Positions 40,401 through 49,091 of a DNA stretch of 64,000 nt are shown piece by piece. A model generated the notes under the pieces. It was given only the letters and a program-made list of their open reading frames with translations, made no database searches and was not told the origin of the DNA. Location of the stretch: positions 26,893 through 90,892 of IMG/VR virus record IMGVR_UViG_3300037400_003220; one strand, written 5' to 3'. The translations under genes and the position numbers were made by a program. This stretch comes from a virus. Its lineage: Duplodnaviria > Caudoviricetes. Position 1 is the first letter of the stretch; each line of letters starts with the position of its first letter.

Positions 40401-41518
40401 TTAAGTTTATAAACGGGAAAACACCAAAATACGGCGAAGATTTCACTATTGGATATTATGATGGAAACGATAGAGCAATAAATAAAAAAGATGGCTGGAA
40501 ATTAGCATCTATAGGCAAAGAGTTTATTCCTGGTCAAGGATTTATTTTAGGCCTAGATGACAAACATAAGAGAAAAGAATTTAGAATTGAAATACCAATA
40601 GATTCCATAGTTGGCGAATCTCATAATAAAAAAATTACCGATCTGCACTCATGGGGAGCACAAAGAGACGTTACTCCAAATCACAAGGGATGGAATTTAA
40701 TCGGAAATCCGTATATGTCATATTATGATACCGATTTTTCAACACCAATAAAAGTCGGTGAATTGGTAAAAGACAGTACTGGAAATCAATGGAATGGTAG
40801 ATGGGTATATAAAGCGGGGTCAGAAATTAAAAATTTAAGATATGCAGTCATTCCAAGTAAGGATGCTATAGACGAAGCGGCTGGAGGATATAAGTCTGTA
40901 TTATTGGATAGTTATGAACTGAGGCCGTTTACAGCATTTTTCGTGCAAATTGGTGGAGAAAATGAAAATACACAAACAATTTGTTTAAATAATGCAAAAA
41001 GAATTAACAAAATGATAGCGAGAAGTTATCAAGAACAAGAGGATGATGAATTATTCCTTCGCGTTAAAGTTGATAATTGGAAAACTGGGTGTTTTATTTC
41101 TAATAAATTTACTGAAGAATACGAACCAGGTGATGATTTAGAATCTAGATACCCGATATATCAGTCAATTGGAGGATATAATTTGTTATATTCGGCAATT
41201 AATGATTCAATCATTGAACACGGTGTGCAAGTAACGTCACCTAATGGTATTTTATATTTAGATGAAAAGGTTAATACGAATAAATTTGAGTATATATACG
41301 CCAATCATAATGGCTCATGGTATGATTTAATTCATGGAGAAACTGTTGATATTGAAACTGGAAATTTCATTTTACAAGCAAAAAGAAAACACAATAATGT
41401 AGCAACTGGCCTATATGTGTTACCAACGAATGGTATATATAAATTTTCTGATGGTAAAGATATTTACATTAACAGAAATAATTGTATATTTAACATATTG
41501 GGTAAAAAAATAAAATAA
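37430..41518 (+). CDS. Large secreted/cell-surface protein (signal peptide, InlB-B/Listeria-Bacteroides repeat, lamin-tail-like domain, T9SS-type C-terminal tail)
   Basis: MKKILLFLSFLLMSIGVFGA signal peptide; YTVTYNANGG...TLPTPTQDGYTFTGWF repeat; GLFFSKYFEAGGENKMLAIYNGT..IDL..Y LTD-like segment; C-terminus ATG...K..DGKDIYI.R....FNILGKKIK resembles Bacteroidales T9SS sorting tails. Confidence 0.7.
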   Translation: MKKILLFLSFLLMSIGVFGATATFLPSNFTDQGTSGTGSEISATVNTVTFSCNKGYGTTQFRCYKNGTITILSTNTITDISFSFSGSYNGGMSTSYTNLNTTSWSFKCTSQARITQCVVTYSGGQSYTIAEQSNNNSYGTVSKDGNVITASPNTCYTYASPAYTVSPANSATVSQSGNNFTVTPSANTTITINFEAIPTYTVTYNANGGNVSPQSNAQQSCNESVTLPTPTQDGYTFTGWFDAQSGGNRIGGGGNSYKPTSNITLYAQWLENINCDGDSYDFSLIDDFSSWGTGYGEKILIYTNDSIILSSANRQTQTITDIPVTKGSDIEVLARNGGKISSINLICRQWSNKAQTITLHYSTDGGSTYTSTNVTSDNFRLSYDNFDINTNAVKFTFSSANQIGIESLCVGHEACTSEVTVTKIPGENGDFNLSKTTVCGDGDGGEVIVSDIEPSDGYEIDGIICVNASFQTVGSVNQTTHVVSGITEDCFIGVLFKEKIVPDIQVVEWNPDYIKVDIENFSAVSAVLEDQNTQADVQENVAEGLFFSKYFEAGGENKMLAIYNGTKSKIDLTGYFIQSCANGGRLFLNDFGRHETGWIYPQEELIFGVYDDTNSAESCATEIDGHEDWYTFTKGGGESPTGFESALSFGGRTSVALYKIQGVGDTAMIDIIGAYYINPGLSVFDRLAKIHKDCGVNSGAYLKIDDIKWNDQASFWVLDGDNLKTKNIENNYPLSTNRCLLVRKNTVKSGAHAVATNIINSDTLNYTSDNNCAVMPHAFKTLSEEWSGYRIGAGASGGQDLIDSTCTGFAYAGHYDYSEHYIEFDVIKSIPISASIVDGYYQINIPQLDTLSCTNLKIIVKEEGTNNELEETYKIPIMITENTTTTTAKFFNKRDCDECDVVVLAGKKLTVDGILSENRDLKLYEGARLNVPSGTEYTLKSLAFRRNNDSVSSIYMGGGELHLNKLYFDLYITPDDWQYVSIPSIFKASDVKFINGKTPKYGEDFTIGYYDGNDRAINKKDGWKLASIGKEFIPGQGFILGLDDKHKRKEFRIEIPIDSIVGESHNKKITDLHSWGAQRDVTPNHKGWNLIGNPYMSYYDTDFSTPIKVGELVKDSTGNQWNGRWVYKAGSEIKNLRYAVIPSKDAIDEAAGGYKSVLLDSYELRPFTAFFVQIGGENENTQTICLNNAKRINKMIARSYQEQEDDELFLRVKVDNWKTGCFISNKFTEEYEPGDDLESRYPIYQSIGGYNLLYSAINDSIIEHGVQVTSPNGILYLDEKVNTNKFEYIYANHNGSWYDLIHGETVDIETGNFILQAKRKHNNVATGLYVLPTNGIYKFSDGKDIYINRNNCIFNILGKKIK

Positions 41519-41520
41519 GT

Positions 41521-41607
41521 ATGGAATTTCAAGAAATATGGATATTACCAATTACCGTTTTGGCTATATCAATGGTTGTTGCATATATATTTGGTGAAAA
41601 AAATTAG
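41521..41607 (+). CDS. 28-aa single-TM microprotein (not in the ORF track)
   Basis: MEFQEIWILPITVLAISMVVAYIFGEKN*, starting 2 nt after the upstream stop codon. Confidence 0.45.
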   Translation: MEFQEIWILPITVLAISMVVAYIFGEKN

Positions 41608-41663
41608 ATATTTTTGTATATTTACTTTTTAATATGTATTTATAAATTGATCAAAAAATTAAG

Positions 41664-42251
41664 ATGAAAAAGATATTAATTTTACATATATTATTATGTG
41701 TTTTTACATTTACGTGTAATGCACAAATTTACGAGACTTCGAGACAGGCGAGGAGAATAGGCTATACTACTAACTATGGTAATTTATTCCAAATGCAGAC
41801 TCCTCAAATCACTACAAACTTTAATCAATCGAACAATCAGTTTAGAAATGTGAATTATTATAGTATTAAAATTCAATATAACACATCGTATATCCCTATT
41901 AGTGAATATACGCCACAGGGTTCAAATTTAACTGGTCCGAGAAGAAGCCCAGAAAGACCATTTAGTGGAAATTGGCTGGAAGATTTAGAGGATTATGCCA
42001 GAATGAATGGTATTTTAGGTTTTGGATATGATCCAGATTGGCCAGGATATGTCGATGAGGATTTTTGGGAACAATTCTTAAGTGTTTATCCAGAATATGA
42101 GCCATATGCAAGACAATGGTTTGAATCGCATGGGCAACACTTTCCATTAGACCCATATGCCGACCCTATATTAGATTTACCAATAGGCTTATTTGTTGTT
42201 TTAATGATTGGGTATTGTTTTTATTTGGAAAGAAAAACCGTGAGTGTTTAG
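41664..42251 (+). CDS. Secreted protein with a C-terminal Pro-motif/TM/basic sorting-like tail
   Basis: Signal peptide ...TCNAQ; internal GPRRSP; ends DPILDLPIGLFVVLMIGYCFYLERK, a CTERM-like layout. Confidence 0.55.
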   Translation: MKKILILHILLCVFTFTCNAQIYETSRQARRIGYTTNYGNLFQMQTPQITTNFNQSNNQFRNVNYYSIKIQYNTSYIPISEYTPQGSNLTGPRRSPERPFSGNWLEDLEDYARMNGILGFGYDPDWPGYVDEDFWEQFLSVYPEYEPYARQWFESHGQHFPLDPYADPILDLPIGLFVVLMIGYCFYLERKTVSV

Positions 42252-42266
42252 CCCACGGTTTTTTTA
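42234..42266. terminator. Bidirectional terminator between convergent genes
   Basis: AAAAACCGTG...CACGGTTTTTT inverted repeat. Confidence 0.7.
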
Positions 42267-42749
42267 TTCCTCATTAACGTCTTTGATCTTTTTTAGGGTA
42301 CTAATCAGATTTTCAACTGCCGTAACATTCTTTTCATCCTTCAATATAGAAGATAATAGTCTCGTTACCTCTTCTATTCTAGCGTTTTCTTTGACGTCTC
42401 GTTTTTCTTTTATACTCTTATATTCTATAATACATATATATATTGTAGCCACGAATGTTACTACTGGGAATGCAAAAAGTTTCCACTCAAGTTGATTTAT
42501 CAGTCCACCAACAAGATACATTTGTAGCACATCTAGAATTGATAGGAATAAAGCCACGCTATAGTATTGGTTAATTTTCTCAAGTGTTTTTCTAAATCCA
42601 AAACTTGTTCTAACCTTTCCGTCTCTCTTTGCTTTACGTAATCCAGCAGACAAGTCAGCACATATTGCGGCAAATATAACGAGGTATTCCAATACAAACG
42701 CAATTAGTTTGTATCTATCCAATGTTAAGATATCTAATAATTCACTCAT
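42264..42749 (-). CDS. Bacteroides-type phage holin (Phage_holin_4_1-like)
   Basis: ICADLSAGLRKAK..G..RTSFGFRKT.EK..QYY, TM segments, and IEYKSI.EK. Confidence 0.7.
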   Translation of the reverse strand: MSELLDILTLDRYKLIAFVLEYLVIFAAICADLSAGLRKAKRDGKVRTSFGFRKTLEKINQYYSVALFLSILDVLQMYLVGGLINQLEWKLFAFPVVTFVATIYICIIEYKSIKEKRDVKENARIEEVTRLLSSILKDEKNVTAVENLISTLKKIKDVNEE

Positions 42750-42837
42750 TTTTTGTCATTATTTCATCTATAAATACATTTAAACGAATAAAAAAGTGTA
42801 TATTTGGAGTGCTATTAATTAAAATCAATTTAAATTT

Positions 42838-43995
42838 ATGAGAGTAGAAAGAAAACAAAAAGTATCATCAAGTGTTTATGATGGGGTGAATAAGTTGATC
42901 AACGTAAATGACATTACCACATATGCAGATGCCGAGGGAATTAACCCTCTCAAACTGTATGTATATATGTTTGGTAGTTTCCCGAACAAACTAAACTTCA
43001 CCTCGTTCTCCGAAAAGTTTGAGAAGAAATATAATGACTATACCGTCAGTCTCAATCTTGACAAGTTCATTAAGTTGGTAAAAGAGAAATATCCAAACGT
43101 ACAGTTAAACCTCAACAAACACTGCGATGAGAGTCTTAATTTATTCAGCATATATCTAACCGTAGTGCTGGAAGAACAAAAAACCATTGGTTATGTGGAC
43201 ACTTCAAGCGATACAGGTCTTATTGTTTACTGTGAAGACGAAGATAACGGTGCTGATTTGTACAAGATGTACATCAAGAGTATTACAAAAACGGCTCCGC
43301 CAGAGCAACGCAAACAAATTTCCCTTATTCTTACAAAACCAGGTGGTGGATATACATTGATGGATTCAGACATCAAGCAAGTCAAGGTTAGTATTGACAA
43401 ACATTACAATGACGACTTCAAAAAGGCCGATAAGACGATTAAGGAGTTTATTGAAGAGGAAGATACAAGCGGTCTTGTAATTCTTAACGGTGTAAAGGGA
43501 ACTGGTAAAACGACATATATTCGTCATTTGATCAATAATACTGGCCGAAGATTCGTTTACCTTACAAAGGAGATGGCATCAGCACTTACAGATCCAGGAT
43601 TTATCGCGTTCTTGACAGAGATTAAGGGATGTGTACTTGTAATTGAAGACTGCGAGAATATTGTAGCCGCACGAAACCAGGGTAACCAATCAACAGGTAT
43701 CTCTAACATTTTGAATATGTGCGATGGACTCTTATCTGATGTATTCAACATTAAGATTATTGCAACATTTAACGAAGACATTAGAAAGGTTGATAGCGCA
43801 TTACTCAGAAAGGGCCGTCTTATCTATCGCTATGAGTTCAAAGAACTCTGTGTTGAGAAGGCAAATGCTCTATTTAAGGCACTGAAGATTGACCACGAAA
43901 CCGACAAGCCAATGACAGTTGCTGATATCTTTAACTTTGAGAAAGATAACGGAAGTGAGGAACAAGAAAAGAAGAAAATTGGTTTCAATGTTTAA
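42838..43995 (+). CDS. AAA+ ATPase
   Basis: GVKGTGKTT, LVIEDCE, SNILNMCDGLL, IIATFN, DSALLRKGRL; ends KIGFNV. Confidence 0.85.
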   Translation: MRVERKQKVSSSVYDGVNKLINVNDITTYADAEGINPLKLYVYMFGSFPNKLNFTSFSEKFEKKYNDYTVSLNLDKFIKLVKEKYPNVQLNLNKHCDESLNLFSIYLTVVLEEQKTIGYVDTSSDTGLIVYCEDEDNGADLYKMYIKSITKTAPPEQRKQISLILTKPGGGYTLMDSDIKQVKVSIDKHYNDDFKKADKTIKEFIEEEDTSGLVILNGVKGTGKTTYIRHLINNTGRRFVYLTKEMASALTDPGFIAFLTEIKGCVLVIEDCENIVAARNQGNQSTGISNILNMCDGLLSDVFNIKIIATFNEDIRKVDSALLRKGRLIYRYEFKELCVEKANALFKALKIDHETDKPMTVADIFNFEKDNGSEEQEKKKIGFNV

Positions 43996-44001
43996 GAAAT
44001 G

Positions 44002-44029
44002 AATAACCACCCAATTGGGTGGTTATTTT
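44002..44029. terminator. Bidirectional terminator
   Basis: Perfect palindrome AATAACCACCC-AATT-GGGTGGTTATT between convergent genes. Confidence 0.8.
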
Positions 44030-44483
44030 AATCAAAATCAGCGCATTCCCGTAGTTGAGATAAAATGTCATCTTGGTTAATTTCAATGAATTTATTTACC
44101 CATTCCTCAAAATTTTCATCTCCATATTGTTCTGGCATTGAGAAATCTTCTATTTCAAAATTTTCACCAGGTTCACCAGGGTCTTTATTTGTATATGGTT
44201 CGCTCCAATAATCTCCAGAATGATATTCACTTTTAGCATTTGGAAAATCGGTAGAGCCTATCGTACAAACACCTAATTCTGGGTGTTTATTCGCATACTC
44301 GCTTTGCCAGCCTTTTTCTAAAGATACTATATAAAAAGTTTTTGGATCAAAGTAGAATGTTACTAAACTTGATACCGATGGAACATCGTCATCATATTCT
44401 ATTTCATCTGGATCATGTTCTAAAAGAAAATTATTTAAACTTTCCCTAATTATACTCCTTAATTGTTTCTCACTTATTTTCAT
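44028..44483 (-). CDS. Hypothetical protein with head-protein leader
   Basis: MKISEKQLRSIIRESLNNFLLEH; TATTTAT box at 44503-44509. Confidence 0.6.
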   Translation of the reverse strand: MKISEKQLRSIIRESLNNFLLEHDPDEIEYDDDVPSVSSLVTFYFDPKTFYIVSLEKGWQSEYANKHPELGVCTIGSTDFPNAKSEYHSGDYWSEPYTNKDPGEPGENFEIEDFSMPEQYGDENFEEWVNKFIEINQDDILSQLRECADFD

Positions 44484-44544
44484 ATTATTCGTAATTTATA
44501 CTATAAATACCTGTAGAATGGCAAAAAAACGTTTTTTATTCCCT

Positions 44545-44590
44545 AAAATTTTTATATATAGAGAAAATATAGTATCTTTGCAGCAGAATT
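44545..44590 (+). promoter_or_regulatory. Repeated early-type promoter, copy 1
   Basis: AAAATTTTTATATA at 44545 and Bacteroidota -7 box TATCTTTG at 44573 (28-nt offset), then CAGCAGAATT. Confidence 0.8.
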
Positions 44591-44608
44591 TAAAAAACAA
44601 GTAACTAT

Positions 44609-45532
44609 ATGAACGAGAAAGTAACACAAGAACGACTGGAAAAGAGTCAAGCAAAACTTGCAAAACTAGAGAACACTTTGGCTAAGTATGATGCTAAACT
44701 GAGAAAGATTTTTAATAAATATGCAAAATCTTACTTGGTTGACATTATGCCAGTGAACATATTTGTAGAATTTGATCTGGAGAATAGATATAACTGGAGT
44801 GATGAACAAAAACTAGAAAGCGAAATACAAAGAGAGTTTAACAAAAGTTATTCCCCGATATTTGTTTATAACAGAGAGGCTACTAGATATATTGCTACCC
44901 TTCCACAAAGGGACAGCCAATTAGAACAAGCAATGCGCGACGCAAATGACGTAGCAGAAGCAATGGCTAATAAGCGCGAGGAAATAAAGGATACTAAATC
45001 CCTTATTAAGAAGTATTCTGACGCCATTGATGGAGAAAACAATAAGAAACGCAGCGTTGAGGAATTATTCGAACAAGTTCCTCAATTAAAGGAGTTTATT
45101 GAACAATGCGGTGAGAGACAATATCAATATATGATTGAATATAATATCAAGTTAAAGAAACGCTGGGATGAGTATTATAAACTTGATAGGGAGTGCTGTA
45201 ACTTGTGGAATACTTGAAAACCTGGAAATCGTGACGAGTACAAGGCAAAACGCAAAGAGGCAGATCGTGTAAAACCAAAAACATATCCGAGAACTGACGA
45301 ACAAATCAAATCTGATGTAGAGCATTGGAAACTCGCCGAGTCCAGTCTTATGGCAGAGAGACTGAAAACAGAGTTTGGCAAAATCATTAGCACAACTTTA
45401 TACCTCGGCGCTGACGGTAATGTAAATGGTATTATTGTTGGCGAGAATAGAACTGCAAGAATTGAAACAATTTTTGCTGGAGGATATAATATTCAATGTT
45501 TACATACAAGATTGTTGATACATGAAAAATAA
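44609..45532 (+). pseudogene. Phage early protein interrupted by one in-frame TGA (45215-45217)
   Basis: ORFs 44609-45217 and 45350-45532 are in the same frame and the 44 codons between them are open: NLWNT*KPGNRDEY...TIFAGGYNIQCLHTRLLIHEK. Confidence 0.65.
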
Positions 45533-45568
45533 TTTTTGTATATTTGTAATGATCAAAGATATATCCAT

Positions 45569-45775
45569 ATGAATTTAATTGAAGTAAGAACATTAAGACT
45601 TAAAGAAGAAAGACACCCAGTCGAAAACGAAGTGTGGGAGGCATGGCAGTACGCAAATGAAAAACATTGTATCGTCGAACTACAATGGTTTATTCCTCAC
45701 TATGGTATGAAACAATGGGTAATTGAGCCAGAAAACAGCATTGAAGATTTGTTAAAAAATTTACACGTTCAATAA
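45569..45775 (+). CDS. Hypothetical protein (start moved to 45569)
   Basis: A TGTATATTTG promoter box at 45538-45546 overlaps the longer ORF start. Confidence 0.55.
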   Translation: MNLIEVRTLRLKEERHPVENEVWEAWQYANEKHCIVELQWFIPHYGMKQWVIEPENSIEDLLKNLHVQ

Positions 45776-45776
45776 C

Positions 45777-46406
45777 ATGTATAAAAATATCACAAAAGAC
45801 GACATATATAATAACGATTATTCCAACTATAAGTTGTGTTATATTGACACGGTTTCAGAAACATATAGCGACTGGGACGATGATACGAAGAAACTAGTTG
45901 AAAGCGAGGAATATAAGAAATGGCACAAGGAGTTTGAGGAATATCGTAAAAAGGAAACAGCGGAAGGGCATAGTCTATCATACAATCCAGTGTATGATAA
46001 TCCATATTGGGATAGGATGATTATGAAAGAGTATCCAAACCCAGAGTTTGAACATGGGCACTATAAGGCATATTTCACTCCGCTACCACTTGATCAACAA
46101 TGGGGTGACGATTGGAATGATGCACCGCTCGATTGTAACGCTGGCATTCCTTATGACGATGTAATTGACGAAGTTAAGGATGTTGATGGTTTGAAAATAG
46201 TATCAAAAAAGCATGAGATTGAAATATTGACAGTTATATTTGATGCCGATTGTCAATTTCCATGGTCGTATGGCTATAATTCACCGTTCTGTGTGGATGA
46301 TGCAAATAGGCACGCAGTTGCATGGATGTACGATGGGAAAAACACTATATTAGCAGGTGTTAATCCAAAAGAATTCATTGAGAAACTGGAAAAGTTTAAT
46401 AAATAA
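45777..46406 (+). CDS. Hypothetical phage protein
   Basis: Contains QWGDDWNDAP.DCNAG.PY motif; no function assigned. Confidence 0.6.
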   Translation: MYKNITKDDIYNNDYSNYKLCYIDTVSETYSDWDDDTKKLVESEEYKKWHKEFEEYRKKETAEGHSLSYNPVYDNPYWDRMIMKEYPNPEFEHGHYKAYFTPLPLDQQWGDDWNDAPLDCNAGIPYDDVIDEVKDVDGLKIVSKKHEIEILTVIFDADCQFPWSYGYNSPFCVDDANRHAVAWMYDGKNTILAGVNPKEFIEKLEKFNK

Positions 46407-46432
46407 TAAATATTTTAAAAATAATTTGAATT

Positions 46433-47059
46433 ATGTTTGAAAGTATGCAAGGAACCCTTAATGGGATGTTTGGTAAGATTCAGCCAGGTATGTGCCGTCT
46501 TACAGTAAATGGCAACATTGCCGTAAAGACTAACAACGGTTTTAAGACCTATGATGTTAAGTCTAAGAAATTGACTAATGTAACTAATTTCTGTTTTAAT
46601 CTCGGCGACGAGTTGTTCTTCGTTATTCCGACAACAAAGGCAGAGGTTGGCGATATTCTTCTCGTTGGTGGTAAGCCAAAATGCGTAACAAATGTTGAGA
46701 AGGACACTATCACAGTTGTTAATTATGATAGCAGCACTGTTGAGACCATCGTTCCTGAGCGTCACGTATTTATGGGCAGCACATACTTCTATGGCAAGAT
46801 TGTTTCCATGTTCGGAAATACTTTCAAGAACGGCAAGGGTCTTGGTAATGTCATGAAGATGATGATGATGTCACAGATGTTTGGCCTCGGTAATGGAACG
46901 AATAATGGTAATCTCGGAGGCTTCGGTCAGATGATGGCTATGTCAATGCTTATGGGTGGCAAGAGCACCAATCCTTTTGAAGGCATGTTTGACGGTATGT
47001 TCGACGTAGCACTTCCAGAGGCAGAAGAAACTGACGCAGAAGAAGGTAAGGAGGCTTAA
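46433..47059 (+). CDS. Met/Gly-rich hypothetical protein, first gene of the vWA/PurA-like triad
   Basis: 208 aa with C-terminal MMKMMMMSQMFG...MMAMSMLMGG; 2 nt gap to the vWA gene. Confidence 0.65.
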   Translation: MFESMQGTLNGMFGKIQPGMCRLTVNGNIAVKTNNGFKTYDVKSKKLTNVTNFCFNLGDELFFVIPTTKAEVGDILLVGGKPKCVTNVEKDTITVVNYDSSTVETIVPERHVFMGSTYFYGKIVSMFGNTFKNGKGLGNVMKMMMMSQMFGLGNGTNNGNLGGFGQMMAMSMLMGGKSTNPFEGMFDGMFDVALPEAEETDAEEGKEA

Positions 47060-47061
47060 TT

Positions 47062-47937
47062 ATGGGAGCAGGTTCATGGTCAACAACTAGTTATTGTTGT
47101 TATAGCAAATCACTCGGTCGGGATTACGACGTAAACACTGGCCGAGTAAGCGGCCACGAATTTACAACCAGGAGACTAGACGAGTCTCTTGACCCAAGTA
47201 AGTTTGAGGTCCGCGAGTGTGTAAACAGTGAAGAGCATCCTAATACTATTCCAGTTATTCTCGCATTAGATGTAACTGGTTCTATGGGGGAGGCTTGTAG
47301 AGAGACGGCCGAAGCACTGAACGTAATCATCACCAGCCTTTACGAGAAGTACAAAGACATTGAATTTTGCGTAATGGGTATCGGTGATTTAGAGTGCGAT
47401 CGTGCCCCAATTCAAATGAGCCAATTCGAGAGTGACGTTCGCATTGCAGAAGCCCTCGATAAGATCTATATGGAGCATGGTGGTGGAGGAAACCGCTATG
47501 AAAGTTATACTGCCGCATGGTATGTAGGGCTTAAGAAAACAAAACTCGACTGTTTTGATAAGCAAGGCCGTAAGGGTATTATTATCACAATGGGTGATGA
47601 GCCTCTTAATCCAGTACTTCGTAGAAGTGAACTTAACGAATTTGCCAACGTTCACGAGCAAGACGATATAAAAACAGATAAGTTGTATGCGGAAGCGCGT
47701 GAAAAGTTTGACATCTTCCATATCGCAGTAGACGATCATGATGACATGTATCGCCACTATAAGAAAGACATTGAGGATAGTTTTGGGCAATTGCTCGGTG
47801 ATAGATACAAAGTATCTACTATAAACCAACTTGCTCCAACTATTGAAAGTTGTATTTCCGAATCAATTCAAGGTAATCCTGGCGAAGCATCGCTAACTGG
47901 TATTATTTTGGACGAAAGCGGAGAAATCTCTTGGTAA
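47062..47937 (+). CDS. von Willebrand factor A (MIDAS) domain protein
   Basis: ILALDVTGSMG (DxTxS), MGIGD, GGGGN..ESY, IITMGDE. Confidence 0.82.
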   Translation: MGAGSWSTTSYCCYSKSLGRDYDVNTGRVSGHEFTTRRLDESLDPSKFEVRECVNSEEHPNTIPVILALDVTGSMGEACRETAEALNVIITSLYEKYKDIEFCVMGIGDLECDRAPIQMSQFESDVRIAEALDKIYMEHGGGGNRYESYTAAWYVGLKKTKLDCFDKQGRKGIIITMGDEPLNPVLRRSELNEFANVHEQDDIKTDKLYAEAREKFDIFHIAVDDHDDMYRHYKKDIEDSFGQLLGDRYKVSTINQLAPTIESCISESIQGNPGEASLTGIILDESGEISW

Positions 47938-49019
47938 TGAGAAATGCAAAGATTGTAATAGGTGCCAACTACGGTGATGAAGGTAAAGGAACCGTAGTTG
48001 CGCACTACACTAAGAACAGCAAAGGAAGTGTCCTTAATGTTCTGACAAATGGGGGTGCTCAAAGAGGGCACTCCATTTTGACCGAGGATGGGAGTATGAC
48101 TTTTCAGCACTTTGGTTCTGGAACATATCATGGCGCTGATAGTTATTACTCTCGTTTCTTCATTCTTAACCCGATGCAATTTGTAAAAGAATATAACGAG
48201 TTGATAATCAAACCAAAACACATATATAGGGACAAGTATTGCAGATGGTCTACACCATATGATTCAATGGCTAATATGATTACAGAGCATCAGCAAGGAA
48301 GACACGCGTCATGCGGTATGGGTATCTGGAACACAATTCAAAGGTGGAGAAATTTTAATGAGTTATTTTTTGATGACTTTATAAACACACCAGATCAAAT
48401 ATCGTATTTAAATCGTGTTAAATCATATTATGAGAAACGCATAAACATACCATCCGATTTTTTAAGTATCTGGGATTCGCCTATGTTGCAAGAGCATTTT
48501 ATCAATGACTGTAAGTTTATGGCCGAGCACACCATTGTCTCCGATTTGTCTGAACTTAATCACGATAATCTAATATTCGAGAATGGCCAAGGATTGTTGT
48601 TGTGTGATACAGGGGAAGACAGGCCAGACACAACCCCATCAGATACTGGCATAAATTACGCATTATACATGTTAAGAAAACTACAGGATGGTTCTGATAA
48701 CCAAATTGACGTAACAGCACATTATGTAACACGGCCATACTTAACTCGCCATGGAGATGGGAATATATCTAAAGCATCAGACAGAAAACTCATATCAACT
48801 GGCGTTCAGGAAGATAGAACTAACCACTACAATGAATTCCAGGGCAATTTTAGATTTGGGTTATTAGATATAGACGAACTGAAAGAAAGAATCATCAACA
48901 ACAGTAGAGCCGTTAAGTTCGAGGTTGAATTAACACACTGCGATGAAATGGATAGAGAAAAAGAGTTTAAAGAGATGTTTAATAAGGTAAATATTTACGA
49001 TTCTCCACTCATAAAGTAA
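47937..49019 (+). CDS. Short, divergent adenylosuccinate-synthetase-like (PurA-fold) enzyme
   Basis: GANYGDEGKG, NGGAQRGH, HFGSG, FENGQGLLL, RPYLTRHGDG, THCD; about 360 aa; TAATG overlap with the vWA gene. Confidence 0.8.
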   Translation: MRNAKIVIGANYGDEGKGTVVAHYTKNSKGSVLNVLTNGGAQRGHSILTEDGSMTFQHFGSGTYHGADSYYSRFFILNPMQFVKEYNELIIKPKHIYRDKYCRWSTPYDSMANMITEHQQGRHASCGMGIWNTIQRWRNFNELFFDDFINTPDQISYLNRVKSYYEKRINIPSDFLSIWDSPMLQEHFINDCKFMAEHTIVSDLSELNHDNLIFENGQGLLLCDTGEDRPDTTPSDTGINYALYMLRKLQDGSDNQIDVTAHYVTRPYLTRHGDGNISKASDRKLISTGVQEDRTNHYNEFQGNFRFGLLDIDELKERIINNSRAVKFEVELTHCDEMDREKEFKEMFNKVNIYDSPLIK

Positions 49020-49031
49020 TTTTTATTCTCC

Positions 49032-49082
49032 AAAATTTTTATATATCAGAAAATTATTGTATCTTTGTAGCGGATTTTAAAA
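49032..49082 (+). promoter_or_regulatory. Repeated early-type promoter, copy 2
   Basis: AAAATTTTTATATA at 49032 and TATCTTTG at 49060 (28-nt offset). Confidence 0.8.
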
Positions 49083-49091
49083 TTTAACAAA

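Noticed and set aside
47937-49019. PurZ / 2-aminoadenine (Z) genome pathway
   Set aside because: The motif is GDEGKG with the PurA-type Asp, not the Ser-type PurZ motif, and no dATPase/MazZ partner is adjacent.
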